A DNA stretch of 64,000 nt from Octopus sinensis (lineage: Eukaryota), in assembly GCF_006345805.1 (NCBI RefSeq), contig NC_043007.1, positions 45,880,001-45,944,000 on the forward strand, in the 5' to 3' direction. The notes under the pieces are model-generated. The model searched no databases. It saw only the letters and a list, made by a program, of their open reading frames with translations, and was not told where the DNA came from. Both the position numbers and the translations under genes were made by a program. Shown in pieces: positions 24,128 to 35,982 of the stretch. Positions within the stretch are counted from its first letter, which is position 1. Each line of letters begins with the position of its first letter.

Positions 24128-24355
24128 GTGTCTGGGGAGAGTCATTTTCTTTTTGAGCCTTATAATGTAACACACTCACCGGTAACATTTCCCTTATTTC
24201 TTATTTTTATTCTCCTAAAATTTTCGTTGTGTCTTGCAAAGGTTGCAAGACGCAACGAAAATGTTAGGAAAATAAAAATAAGAAATAAGTGGAAATTTTA
24301 CCCGTGAGTGTGTTATATCATAAGGCACAAGAAGAAAATGACTCTCCTCAGACAC
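24128..24355. mobile_element. fold-back (MITE-like) palindromic element with ~110-bp arms
   Basis: Centre GTCTTGCAA-AGG-TTGCAAGAC; arms complementary out to GTGTCTGGGGAGAGTCATTTTCTT / AAGAAAATGACTCTCCTCAGACAC. A single-arm relative lies at 45760-45890. Confidence 0.8.
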
Positions 24356-25589
24356 TACAGAATCAAATATAAAGATATGGGACAATGCAGCTTCAGACGC
24401 ATATCTCTTGCAGTGGCTAACATGAAATGAGTTCGATATGAAATCTATAAATGTTGCGGTGTGGATGATAACCCCCAGCTCTACACGATCTGAAATATAA
24501 TGTGAGCAACATTAACTTACAAGGGGAAAAATATTTTTGTATAAGTGTCTTTACACAGGATAAAAGAAAGAGTGGTTGACAGACAAATAATTGCTGTCCT
24601 GCTTGTCTTCTTTTTCTCTATTTCGTAGTAGTCATTGCTACTGGTTTTGTTTTTTTTATGGAACAATTAATGGCGGAACTTTTGACATTTATTTGTTTCA
24701 TTTAGTATTTCGCCCATATTTTGCGAAACGAATGTGCTTCATTAATATATGTTATACAAAGTCGTAAACAAAAAGATTTTCATTGCTAATGATACTTTAA
24801 TACGTAGGAAGAGAAATGGAAAAACAAATTTCAAAAATAAAGAATCATAACATATTTACTTGTACACTCGTAATTTCCCTTGTCCAGAGTTGTTGATTCA
24901 GTCAACAATTATTGGAAACAAATATATAACCAATATGACAACAATATTTATGTTGTGTGCACTTTCTGTCGCTCGATACTTAAAAATAAATTTCTCTCAC
25001 ACTGTCAATTCCTCATTCATTTCTTTTTTTTTATCACTTGCTACTTCTACTTAATTTTCAAATGTCGTCTGTGTGAGAAATGTCGTTTGACAGTTTAAGC
25101 ATTTAAAAATTTATATCTCTAACAATGAAGAAAATTGCTGATAGCCCTAATTTGCTTTATTTATATATATAACAAGTATTAATTTGAAGAAAGCTGACTC
25201 TGTGCTTGTATTCAAATGTTTCATAAAAATTTCTAATTTCAACTGGCTTCCTCCTTGAACCTATGTTTTAATTATTCTTCCAAACTCTCTATCTTTTCAT
25301 TATGCTTCCACCGACAATCATGGCAATTATATAGTTAGATTATTATTTAGCTCTGACGAGTGCAGGCATGTTCTCACATCGAGCTATGAGGCTGAATTGA
25401 AAATACTTTAAACAGCATGAAGCTTTCAGAATTATCTTCATACAGGAAGCATATAAACTTTGAAAGTTTATCCGTAAATAATTTGGAAGAAACAAGATGT
25501 CGTTAAGCAAGTTGTAGTAGTCATATTTTTGTCGATTAAAAAGAAATTGTGGTGGGAACATTGAAGATTCAGTAACCATATTACTTTAA

Positions 25590-25610
25590 CACACACACAC
25601 GCCATACACA

Positions 25611-25664
<54 letters not shown>

Positions 25665-25675
25665 TACACACACAT
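25590..25675. repeat. (CA)n microsatellite
   Basis: Visible CA run. Confidence 0.95.
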
Positions 25676-27044
25676 ATTTATATATATATATATCAATAAT
25701 AAAGTGATTGTTTCTTATCAGTAACAACATGTTTAATAGGACTGCTGTAGAAGTGCTCAAGTAAATGAGACAAATATAGTAAACTATGTGTAAGAAAAAG
25801 CATTATGTGATTAAATGTTCGAGATGGGATATGTTAGGTAGATGACCTCATATTTGTTGTTGTTCTACAACTAAAGTTTACAATATGTATATATATAAAC
25901 ATACTCAGACGCACATATGTAGGTATTTGTGCATGTAAGTATACATGTATATATGTATATTAGTGTATATCTTTGCATTACTTCATTATAAATGTGCAGG
26001 AAAAGTGCCTAAGTTAAAACAAGACACATATGAAAAGAACGAAATATGCGAGGACATAGAAAGAATTCATATTAACTTCTCTCTTGAAGTTGTAAATCAA
26101 AGTGGCGAACGGTAATAATGACCAAGATTAATTGGATGCTATGTTACGACGAGTTGTCTAAGAATTTCCATCTTCATCATGAACGTAAGTTTTATAACAC
26201 AACACAGAACCCACAGCTAAGACTGCAAGTCTCACTATTCTTTTTCCATTTTTCTTAACAAACAAGGAATATGTCTTCCATATCATCTTTAAGGTACACA
26301 GTAGTAATCGGAAATGAGTCCAATTACCAACTAGATGAAAGAGACATGTGTCTGACATATCTCGTTTTCTGGCTTCAAGTCTAGAGTTAAATTTGAGTTT
26401 CAGAGAAGTTTCTTTAGTAATCATCACCAAAAGCTGATGACACTAACATGTCAATAGACACTTAGAGATATAAACAGATATTCAAATATAAAATAAAACC
26501 CTACTTTCATCGACTACTTCTAGTAATGTTTCTACAAGTATTCTTGTCATCTTGGTAGAATTTAGTCCATTCAAACATCGTTTTGGTATTCGATTCAAAA
26601 CATTTTCGTAGAGAGATAAATAATTATAGATATCTACGATCTACTTTACTTAGTTAATGAATATATTTTTACTTTTTTTCAAATGTAAAAACACTCTCTT
26701 TTCGTTACATTTTACTTATTTTACTATAATATGTTTAAGAATGAAATATGTATAATGAAGTCTGTTCACTTAAGGGAATATGCGTTGTCATGCTGTTTCA
26801 TACGAGAAAGCTAGGATGCAACAGCATTTGAAATAGTCCCACATTCTTTAAAATATATTGTGTGGTATAAAACAGTACGATCGATTATATATATTTGATA
26901 TAGATATTAATAAATATTTAAATGCATGAGTTTAATTGTCAATAAAATTATCACGTTTTGAATTATTAAATTCATCTTGAGAGGTCAAACCGGTTTTCTT
27001 TTTAAAAAGTTTACATTTAGTGAATCGGCCCAGCGAGCAGCACC

Positions 27045-27080
27045 TATACATATATATACACATACGTACATACATACATG

Positions 27081-27111
<31 letters not shown>

Positions 27112-27130
27112 TAATATATATATATATAAT

Positions 27131-27210
<80 letters not shown>

Positions 27211-27230
27211 GTATATATATATGTATATAT

Positions 27231-27262
<32 letters not shown>

Positions 27263-27328
27263 CTATATATATATATATGTATATGTATATAATATGTATA
27301 TATATATATATATATGTATATGTATATA

Positions 27329-27365
<37 letters not shown>

Positions 27366-27382
27366 ATATATATATATATATG

Positions 27383-27429
<47 letters not shown>

Positions 27430-27481
27430 TATATATATATATTAATATATATATATATATATATATCTATATATATATATA
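27045..27481. repeat. ~430-bp interrupted (TA)n/(TATG) microsatellite
   Basis: Longest TA-rich run in the window. Confidence 0.95.
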
Positions 27482-28279
27482 ACTGAGGATGTGTGTGTAC
27501 GTGTAAACCCACAGAACGTCTGAAGTTCACAACTTATTTTCTCCAAACTGGGAATATATATTACTTACGTTAGACTCTTAAACCGTTTCATATAATAAGT
27601 AATGGGGCCCCTGGGGTCAGAAACCCCCTTCCTGAGGCACGTGCGACAGACCACATTGGCCCACGCATTGCTTCCTTTCAAACTGGATAAAGCAGCTACT
27701 GAAATGATATAAGCAGGTTCTATTATATGGAGGAACCGATGTACACTTCAAACTGCGTTGTCCAAGTGGTAGTAATAATAGCCTGTTTCCGTTGTACCAT
27801 AGGTGGCAATATGTCGGAATAAAAACCGTTGGAACACACTATGCTTATTATGAAATAATATTTTAAAATATGTTTAATCCTGAGCAACTATTCAGCTATT
27901 TTCTTTTAGCTTCAGTATCAAATTCTTCCTTCTAAGCATAGACGAAGCTCGAACAAATATTCTTCAGCTATTGATTACAAACCGAAGTATTGCATGCACA
28001 ATAACCTACTAATTTGTGGTGTATAAGACCTAAACACATTGGTTAGAGACTGTGACCTTAATGTGACCTTGCGCGCCCTGGCGCTGCATACAGAATTGCT
28101 TTCGTTTGGGAGCTAAGTTATCCTCACAATGGTCGCATGGAGTTTACGCGGAGTGCACGGTTGAGCCACGACTACCGATTCCCAAAGTCACGCAACCCAA
28201 CCACGTTTGTTAGCGACCGTGTACTTAATGTGACCTTGCGTGACCCTGATACTGAATGCAGAATTTTTCTCGTTTGTGA

Positions 28280-28583
28280 TGTAACGTAGTTACCTGTCGC
28301 CGACTATTGAAGTATTGTTACTATTTATGATGGTAATTTCTACACTATAATCGTATAGTATCAATAATATACATAACAAAGCAAGGTAACAACAACGTTG
28401 CAATCCAACAAACACTCCACGAACTATACATGAACCAACAAACGAATTTCCAACAAACTACCAAACGTCACCTTACGAATTCCTGTGATTAATGCCTGCT
28501 TTCTCTCTCTCACTCAGACCACTACTATGTATAGTCATTTGGTCAAGATTATTCTCAAAGGGTGTGTCATTACTCTCGCCACA
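28280..28583 (-). mobile_element. putative 3' LTR of the adjacent Gypsy remnant
   Basis: On the minus strand a purine-rich tract (AAAATGGGAAATAT) is followed by TGTGG at 28583, and the segment ends ...GTTACA at 28280 (TG...CA termini). No second LTR seen. Confidence 0.4.
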
Positions 28584-28689
28584 ATATTTCCCATTTTAAG
28601 ATTTCGACTTCCGTAGGAAACGAAATTTATTTTATTATTATCTTTTCTTTCCTTCCAGTACCTCGCCCTTTTTGAAATTTTGCTTCTCT

Positions 28690-29180
28690 AGAGAGTTCAA
28701 TAACCTTTTCTGCTTAGGAATTATTTCTAAATGTTTAGTCTGCATTTTGCAGAATTTCTTGAAATTGTATCCTGTAAATTGTGTTCTTTTGTTCGATGCT
28801 ATGGTGTCCAGAACAAGGTATCGAGCAACAGGTTCGCACAGGAACTTTATTGCTGTCTTCAAGGTAGGTTGACTGCACCTACATACTTCCGGCCACTTGG
28901 TAAAGCTATCAACAATGAACAAGAAGTACGCGCTATTCAGTGGCGTAGTCTATATCTGCCCTGGACCACAGACTATCCATCACAGGCCACGACTGGTATG
29001 TCACCGGTGTTGCCTTGGCTACTAGCGCTCAACCTCCACATGATATTACCAAATTTTTCATGTCCCTGTCTATTGTCGTCCAGTACGTGTAAACCCCCAT
29101 CAAAGCTTTCACTATTGACATCACCGGATGTCCACAATATAGTGAAATTGGTACTACTACTCTTTGTGCGTACATTAATA
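28690..29180 (-). mobile_element. Ty3/Gypsy integrase remnant
   Basis: Frameshifted pieces GHPVMSIVKALMGVYTYWTTIDRDMKNLVISCGGC (zinc-binding region) and IVDSFTKWPEV...VARYLVLDTIASNKRTQFTGYNFKKFC (degenerate rve core). Confidence 0.85.
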
Positions 29181-29635
29181 CATATTTATGTAAACTAATA
29201 TTTATCTTCTTATTACTGTAAAACAAGTTTATAACCTGATCTAAATGTTTGTATGTAAACTATATTTCAGCTCATCATACAGGATATACATAACTCTTTG
29301 ACTTGATTTGAATACATTTATATAAACTAATTGTTGACACCAAAGAGGATAAACAAAACCGCATACCTTATTTTTGAAAATCTTTTTTAAATAAGAGAAA
29401 CCGGTTAAGTTAATAAATATTTTAAAAAGACACCTGCATTTTCAGTTTCTTTTCCGTATATTTTTACTTGTGCTGTAACCCACAACTTTATATATATATA
29501 TATTAATAAAAGGAATTCCAACCTTGTCTGATTTTCACGTTTTATTTACAATCTTATAATGATATATTATAAGATAATATATTATAATTGAATAAAATAA
29601 AATGAAATAGTAGAATGTTAAATGTTCATTCTGAT

Positions 29636-29680
29636 TGAACTAGTACTTTCATGCATTGAATTCTGCAATCTTCGGGTTCA
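29636..29680 (-). ncRNA. minimal type I hammerhead-like motif in the Penelope terminal repeat (core variant CCGAAGA)
   Basis: Minus strand TGAAC CCGAAGA TTGCA-GAATTCAA-TGCAT GAAA GTACT A GTTCA: 5-bp stem I, palindromic stem III AGTACT, CUA triplet. Confidence 0.6.
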
Positions 29681-29743
29681 TGTAGTAGTGGTGACAGTCA
29701 TGCTTCACGATTTTTGACTGTAGCAAGATGATTGATTCTGTGC

Positions 29744-29856
29744 TATAAATACAGCTGGGTAGGCTCCAGAGTGCTAGGTTTTGCAAACTGTATTCTGACC
29801 AATCAGTGTGTAGTATCACTCAATTACTTAAGCTGATTGGTTGGTGAGCTGATTGG
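29744..29856 (-). promoter_or_regulatory. three CCAAT boxes and a TATA-like box in the Penelope terminal region
   Basis: CCAATCAG at 29799 (+); CTGATTGG with ATTGG at 29836 and 29852; TATAAATA at 29744, read as TATTTATA on the minus strand. Confidence 0.45.
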
Positions 29857-30173
29857 TTTAGGCATCACGCTTTGTTGGACATGTCAAGAGTCCTGTATCT
29901 TGACCCTGGCCGAAGCAGCAATTGTTGGGTTATTTTTAGAAATGTTGTAAATATCCTTTGTCAGAGATTTTTATATTTTTATATTTCAATTGTCCTCATC
30001 ATCATTGTCAGCACCTTAATTATTGTTGCTAGTGGTGATGGTGGTGGCAATAGAACTTTTAACCCTAAATAAGATAATTTTCCTGCTATCTTCATCTTGA
30101 TCACCTTTAGTATTGTTGTTGTTGTTAGTGGTCATGGTCGTAGCAGTGGAAGTAGTACCTCTAAGTAATATTA

Positions 30174-30767
30174 TTATTGCTTATTTAGCTTGGGTTCGAA
30201 TTTATCAATCAAATTCTTTTCTCTGATTCTCCTCTCGATTTCACTTGGGCTGTGTAATTTGTAGAACGGAAATATTATATACATTTTCCGGCCACATGTT
30301 GCTAGGTGGTTACTTAAAGGTATCTGACGGACCTCTGGGTCTCTAATCTGTTGTATATTTATCCGGTGTACACGTGAGCGTTCTAATAGTGCGTTTCCCG
30401 TCTGACCTACATATATTTCTTCACAATTTGGGCATTTGATGCAGTAAATTAAATTTCTGCTTTTGCAGTTCATATTCGCGTTTGTGAATATTTTCCCGGT
30501 TTTTGTGTTTATATATTGACCGGTATGTATGAATTGGCATGTGCCACATCGGCTATCATTGCATTTAGATACCGTAAATGTTTGGTTTTTGTTGCTAAGG
30601 TCAAATTTCGCCTTTGTTAGTAATGTTTTCAAGTTTTTAGGCTGTCTTTTACTAAGCACCATAGCTCGTTCCGTGATTATGTCTTTTAATTCATTACTTT
30701 GGGCAATGATTGGTAGGTTTGCTTTGGCAATGTTGAAGATATTCTGGTGACATGGGTTGTGTGTCAC
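30174..30767 (-). CDS. Penelope GIY-YIG endonuclease domain, 197 aa open
   Basis: KCNDSRCGTC linker, NLIYCIKCPNCEEIYVGQTG, R..VH, SNHLATC, ERRIREKNLIDKFEPKLN. Confidence 0.85.
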   Translation of the reverse strand: MTHNPCHQNIFNIAKANLPIIAQSNELKDIITERAMVLSKRQPKNLKTLLTKAKFDLSNKNQTFTVSKCNDSRCGTCQFIHTGQYINTKTGKIFTNANMNCKSRNLIYCIKCPNCEEIYVGQTGNALLERSRVHRINIQQIRDPEVRQIPLSNHLATCGRKMYIIFPFYKLHSPSEIERRIREKNLIDKFEPKLNKQ

Positions 30768-33379
30768 TATGAATGGTATGACTTATTCTTGTTTTCCTCT
30801 TCCTTGGGTTGACCTAAGTTGTTGTATGGGTATTTTTATAGCCCGCTGTATGCCATTTTCTATAAGTAGAGATGGGTATTTTTGTTTGAGCAAAAATTCT
30901 CTTAATTCTATTAGGCGTTTGTTCCTGATATTTGCATCTTCTACAATGGTACAAATTCTTCTGGCTAGGCAGTATGGGATGTTACGTTTTGTATGTGGTG
31001 GATGGCACGACTTAAAATTTAGGTATTGATGTGTGTCTGTGTGTTTATAGTATATATCTGTGGTGATGGTGGTGTCTTTTTTAGTATATACCTGTGGTGA
31101 TGGTGGTGTCTTTTATATATATATATATATACTTAATGATAATATACATATGCATATAATTATATCAAAAGACCAAGGGTGAAGTGCCGAGATCCTCAAA
31201 AAGCTACCAAAAGCTTAGCCTAAAAATCATTTAATTACTTTTACTCCTGACCGGAATAGCATTTAATGCTTGGATATTCTTATAATATACCCGTGGTTGT
31301 TGTGGGGAGATCTAAAATTGACTTATCTGGGACCTACACGTGCAAATATTTATATGTAGTCGTGTGAACATTCTTTGTACAGTATGCACAATTATTTGTA
31401 TTATATTTCCCATGTACTGTGTTGACTAATGAAAAGAGCTTGTTTATGGTTTTAATCTCGAAATTGGAACCAATTCACAATTAATGGGAGGTCTTTATAA
31501 TAGTTTTCCACTAGTCCGCTTCCAGACATTTGTATATTTATCTGAAGATTTTCGTCTCGGCACTTGAAGCATGCTTGGAGATAGGTCGTGTTCGTCCATG
31601 CTCACTTAATATAATTATAAACATATGCATATTATTAATTTAATGTATAAATTGCCAATAAATTTTTATAGCATGCTGATTACCTGATAAAAATCATTAA
31701 CGCGATCTTTATCCTTATATTCTATTACGAATTAATAAATAACAAATGTGTATGTGTGTGTGTGTGTGCGTGTGTATGTATGTGTGTGTGTGTGTGCGTG
31801 TGTATGTATGTGTGTGTGTGTGTGTTTTGTGTGTGTGTATAAACATACGTATATTTATGTCGACTAAATTGGCTACGAATAACGGCGTTTTGAGGCTTTG
31901 AATCATTGTTATAAATGTAATATTAGACTAATTTTCTAATTTCATGTAGAGTGGTATGAGTTTTGTTAAATATAAATCAAGTGTAAGAAAACGATTCTTA
32001 TTATCGCTATATATCGTGCAATAAACGTTCTTCTAAAAGGATGTTTAATATACATTTGCAAACATTTCGATAATTGTGATATAAAGGAGATACAAAACGA
32101 TCTCAATGATAGACGTTATAATGAAATATGCACACGATCCCCTAACTAATATAATTAACAGTATGATGTTGATCTGAGGAACCTTGCACCAATTGAATTG
32201 GTTGAAGCGTAAATAGGCAGTTCGAAAGGCAACGCAAATATAAATTATAGAACACATATCGTACAGATATAATTAGTTAGAATTTAAGCGAGAAAAACTA
32301 CAGCTGATTTCAAATAAACTTCAAAGATTGATAATAAAACGGTTGAAAGAAGCACAAATAATTAGTAAATCTAGCGAAATAATTAAGAATGATTTTAGAG
32401 CCGTATTTATGGAATATATTTCAGATTTTGTTTACCAAAAATTGAAATAATTATCTAAGTAAATTCAAGTTCTTGTCTTTCGATTCATTAATGTAATTCA
32501 TGATTACCTTTAAATTTTATTTAAAATTTGGTTAGCGCGCATGTGGGACTCTATTTTCCTCTATCCCATAAAAATCTGGGGAGATTAACGCACTTTATTC
32601 TCACTTGCTATATATGAAGAGTTAAGGCTGGCAGAAGAATATACAATAGAAGAGAAATGGTTCCAGATTGTTGATGTTCCGTGCAGGAATAATTGTGTGA
32701 GGTAGATCGTGAGGTGCTTGGGCATTGAGATACGGAACAGATAACGTCAAAAACAAAATATTGCCTGTTTCTGAGCTGGAAAAAGAAATAGAATGAAGTT
32801 AGTTGAATGGGGCAGAAGCGATTTAAGTTATAAAAACACTTAGAGAGAAAAGCCAAGAAAGCCGGAGGCTGAATTTGTAATGTGCTTTTATATAGAATAT
32901 TAATAAAATGTTAATGGAATTTTGAAGCTAATACTTCAGATACATCTGTTACAATCAATAATCTTGAGAGCAAACCAGTAAGAAAAATATATTTGCTGAA
33001 TGTAGCAGCTAAATCACAATCTACAAAATGCAGTCATTGTGATTAAAGCTGGCTCTCTGAATATCCTTCTCTAATACAAATCCAAAACAAAGACGTTGGA
33101 ATACTGATACCTGCATACCCACTCGGCTCCATACCATTAGTATGTCTAAATATAACGAATTGTTAATAGACAAAATCAACAACGATACCTACACCCACAA
33201 TGGTAAGATGCGTCGGGTCTATATCACCTTTTCATTGAAATTAACAACCAATTAAAATTTGCAGTCCCTCTTGGAATTTCGAACGATGTACGCATTATAT
33301 TATTAATGTCTCGAGAAATAATGATAATATCAATGATGATTATATATATATATATATATATATTTGACTTATTTATTTT

Positions 33380-33572
33380 GTACAAGATTTGCGTGAAGAG
33401 AAAGCTAGATTTAGAAGTGGGAGATCGTTTGTTGAACTGATATTTATATTGCTAAATATCATTGAATACCGAGAGTTCCAAAACTTGTACTTGTAGTCTA
33501 CTACGTCGATTTCAAGAAGGCTTTCGATAGCGTTCACAAAGAATCGTTATGGGAAATTGTAATTACTACATG
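33380..33572 (+). mobile_element. RTE-type LINE reverse transcriptase fragment, degenerate
   Basis: LREEKARFRSGRSFVELIFILLNII..., then YVDFKKAFDSVHKESLWEIV in another frame. Confidence 0.75.
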
Positions 33573-33586
33573 AATTGTATGTGAGA

Positions 33587-33739
33587 ACATTTAACGGATA
33601 TTTGTCTTCATCTTGATTGTTGTTAACACAGCGCACAACGTTTCAGCTGATATACCCTTAAGACATCATCAGGTGTCTTGGGGAAATGTCGATCCTGGGT
33701 TCTCATTCCTAAGGTATTTTTCGATGTTATTATCATTAA

Positions 33740-33814
<75 letters not shown>

Positions 33815-33821
33815 TATTATT
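33587..33821 (-). mobile_element. inverted Penelope pLTR with degenerate hammerhead and (TAA)n
   Basis: Reverse complement matches 35302-35470. GACAC CTGATGA...GAAACGTT GTG at 33632-33677. Confidence 0.8.
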
Positions 33822-34124
33822 CAGGTCACTGTTACAAAGGCGAAGCATGCCGCCCCTCAAAATAAAGGTAGAGCTGTGATACGAGCAGATATTGATAAAT
33901 CGGGTATAGCTGATCATGTATGGAAAAATGGAGTCTACCTCCCTCTGTTGGATGAAGTTAAAATAATAAACAGAGAATACCAATGGAAAATACGAAAACT
34001 AAAAAAGCAGCACATGTGCTAGGGCACAACAACCTCCTAAGCAGACCGAGTGCAGATATGAATAGGATATGGGAACCGGTATGAAGGAAGGATTAGAAAA
34101 TATTAGATTTATATGTAACTTGAA
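33822..34124 (+). mobile_element. Penelope GIY-YIG C-terminal remnant
   Basis: YKGEACRPLKI.. / AVIRADIDKSGIADHVWKNG..LPLLDEVKIINREYQWKIRKLK.. / LLSRPSADMNRIWEP in shifting frames. Confidence 0.75.
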
Positions 34125-34192
<68 letters not shown>

Positions 34193-34218
34193 ATAATAAT
34201 AATAATAATAATAATAAT

Positions 34219-35301
34219 CTATCATAAAGGAAAGCAAAAAATTTGCTATTGATCTCGTGCAGGATACCCAAACTGAACAACCCAAGGGAAGTACGGCAAC
34301 TATTGTTGCAAAGAAGGTGAAAATGATGGCAATGAAAAAAGCGCACGAGCAATTGGCTGATAGGTGGGAGGAGAAACCTCTGTACGGCAAATATGTGACC
34401 CGCAGCAAACAAGCTGATGTTGACCAGAAGCAAACCCATCAGTGGCTACGGAGCTCAGGGCTAAAAGCAGAGAGCGAAGGTTTCATCCTGGCTGCTCAAG
34501 ATCAAAGCCTATTAACCCGGAACTACCAGGCCAATGTGATGAAAAATGGAGCAGACCCAAAATGCCGATTCTGCAACGACATGATTGAAACAGTGGACCA
34601 CCTAATCTCTGGATGTAAAGTCTTAGCACCAGTGGAGTATAAATTAAGACATGACAGAGTTGGCCAATATCTCCACTGGCTAATAAGTCGGCATTACAAT
34701 ATCAAAACTACCGACAAGTGGTATAATCACCACCCTGAGGCTGTAACTGAAGGAGAAAATGTAACCATTCTGTGGGACTTTCCAGTACATACAGACCGAA
34801 CCATCAAGGCCAATAAAACAGATATTGTTGTGAAAGACCAAAACAATAAAGTTTGCTTATTGATCGACATGAGCATCCCCTGTGATCATAATATCTCAGC
34901 GAAAGAGTTTGACAAGCTCAGAAAATATAAAGACCTACTCATTGAAATTGAGAAAATGTGGCATCTCAAGGCGGTTACAATACCAGTGATCGTAGGAGCA
35001 CTAGGAATGATCAAGAAGGGAACCGAAAATTATATGAGAATGATCCCTGGCTTACCATCCCTGCAAGAAGTGCAAAAGATTGTCTTAACTGGTACATCAC
35101 ACGTATTGAGAAGAGCATTGTCGATGTGAGAACTGTTGCTGCTCATGTATTTTAATTTAACTTAAAAAATAAAAAATAAAAAAAAAAAATGAACGAACTA
35201 CTGAGTTTGGTTTAATGGCTTACCAATGTATACTATGAGTTTCTTTGCCCTAGGAGTCGGGAAGACACTCGGCAAGAAATGGAAGCAAATTTGAAAAAAA
35301 G
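34219..35301 (+). mobile_element. 5'-truncated R4/Dong-type element inserted in a (TAA)n tract
   Basis: Flanked by TAA repeats at 34191-34218 and 35302-35325; carries ORF 34257..35129 and a 3' UTR. Confidence 0.9.
34257..35129 (+). CDS. R4/Dong C-terminal CCHC knuckle and restriction-like endonuclease, 290 aa open
   Basis: CRFCNDMIETVDHLISGC, RHDRV, NKTDIVV (PD to TD), LIDMSIP, DKLRKYKDL, TIPVIVGALG. Clearly homologous to ORF 16011..16556. Confidence 0.9.
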   Translation: MQDTQTEQPKGSTATIVAKKVKMMAMKKAHEQLADRWEEKPLYGKYVTRSKQADVDQKQTHQWLRSSGLKAESEGFILAAQDQSLLTRNYQANVMKNGADPKCRFCNDMIETVDHLISGCKVLAPVEYKLRHDRVGQYLHWLISRHYNIKTTDKWYNHHPEAVTEGENVTILWDFPVHTDRTIKANKTDIVVKDQNNKVCLLIDMSIPCDHNISAKEFDKLRKYKDLLIEIEKMWHLKAVTIPVIVGALGMIKKGTENYMRMIPGLPSLQEVQKIVLTGTSHVLRRALSM

Positions 35302-35490
35302 TAATACTAATAATAATAATAATAACAACAGCATTGAAAAAATACCTTAGGAATAAGAATCCAAGTTCGAAATTTCCCCAAGACTCCTGATGAAGGCTGG
35401 AGGATATATCAGCCGAAACATTGTGTTGACAGCAAAGAAGATGAGAACAAATATCCGTTAAATGTACATAATGCAAATAATGTGCATACT
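35302..35490 (+). mobile_element. Penelope pLTR with hammerhead motif
   Basis: CTGATGA(35387-35393) A GGCTG-GAGGATATAT-CAGCC GAAAC(35415-35419). Stems I and III each carry one substitution relative to the 33632-33677 copy. Confidence 0.8.
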
Positions 35491-35937
35491 TCCTCATCTC
35501 TTAAATATAGAAATGTATTGTATGTGGGAAGTGGAAAATTTTGGGTAAAATTTTTGAAAAATAATTGTTAGTAACTCACGCTCTCGTGTGTAGAGTACAA
35601 TTTGTAAATGTTGATTTCATGACATGGATCGTATATATATATTACTGACTGCGGTGGAAAAAGTCGACAATGTTGGACAGCTAAAAATGAATTAGAACCT
35701 AAGGCCATGTTATTTATAGCTTTATATGTTTTGAGATCCACTATTTCAAGAAATAAAAATAATCGTTTAACATACTCTTGAAAATAGAATATTGATAAAA
35801 ATTTTATAGCACCGAATGTATGTATATATGCATATATGTATGTATGTGTGTGTGTATGTATGTATGTATGTATGTATGTATGTATGTATGTATTTATGTA
35901 TGTATGTATGTATGTATGTGTGTATGTATGTATGTAC

Positions 35938-35982
<45 letters not shown>

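Larger units (their letters stand above)
29636..31113 (-). mobile_element. 5'-truncated Penelope-like element: RT thumb, Cys-rich linker, GIY-YIG, pLTR
   Basis: Upstream in-frame translation TDIYYKHTDTHQYLNFKSCHPPHTKRNIPYCLARRIC..., one stop, then the ORF 30174..30767. The 5' end lies in (TA)n next to a 22-bp direct duplication. Confidence 0.9.

Noticed and set aside
25345-25385. CTGACGA core-like motif, and other isolated CTGATGA hits at ~26445, ~59210 and ~60510
   Set aside because: None has a stem II followed by GAAA or a stem I partner.
26158-26430. 90-aa minus-strand ORF
   Set aside because: No motif and no supporting splice or codon evidence.
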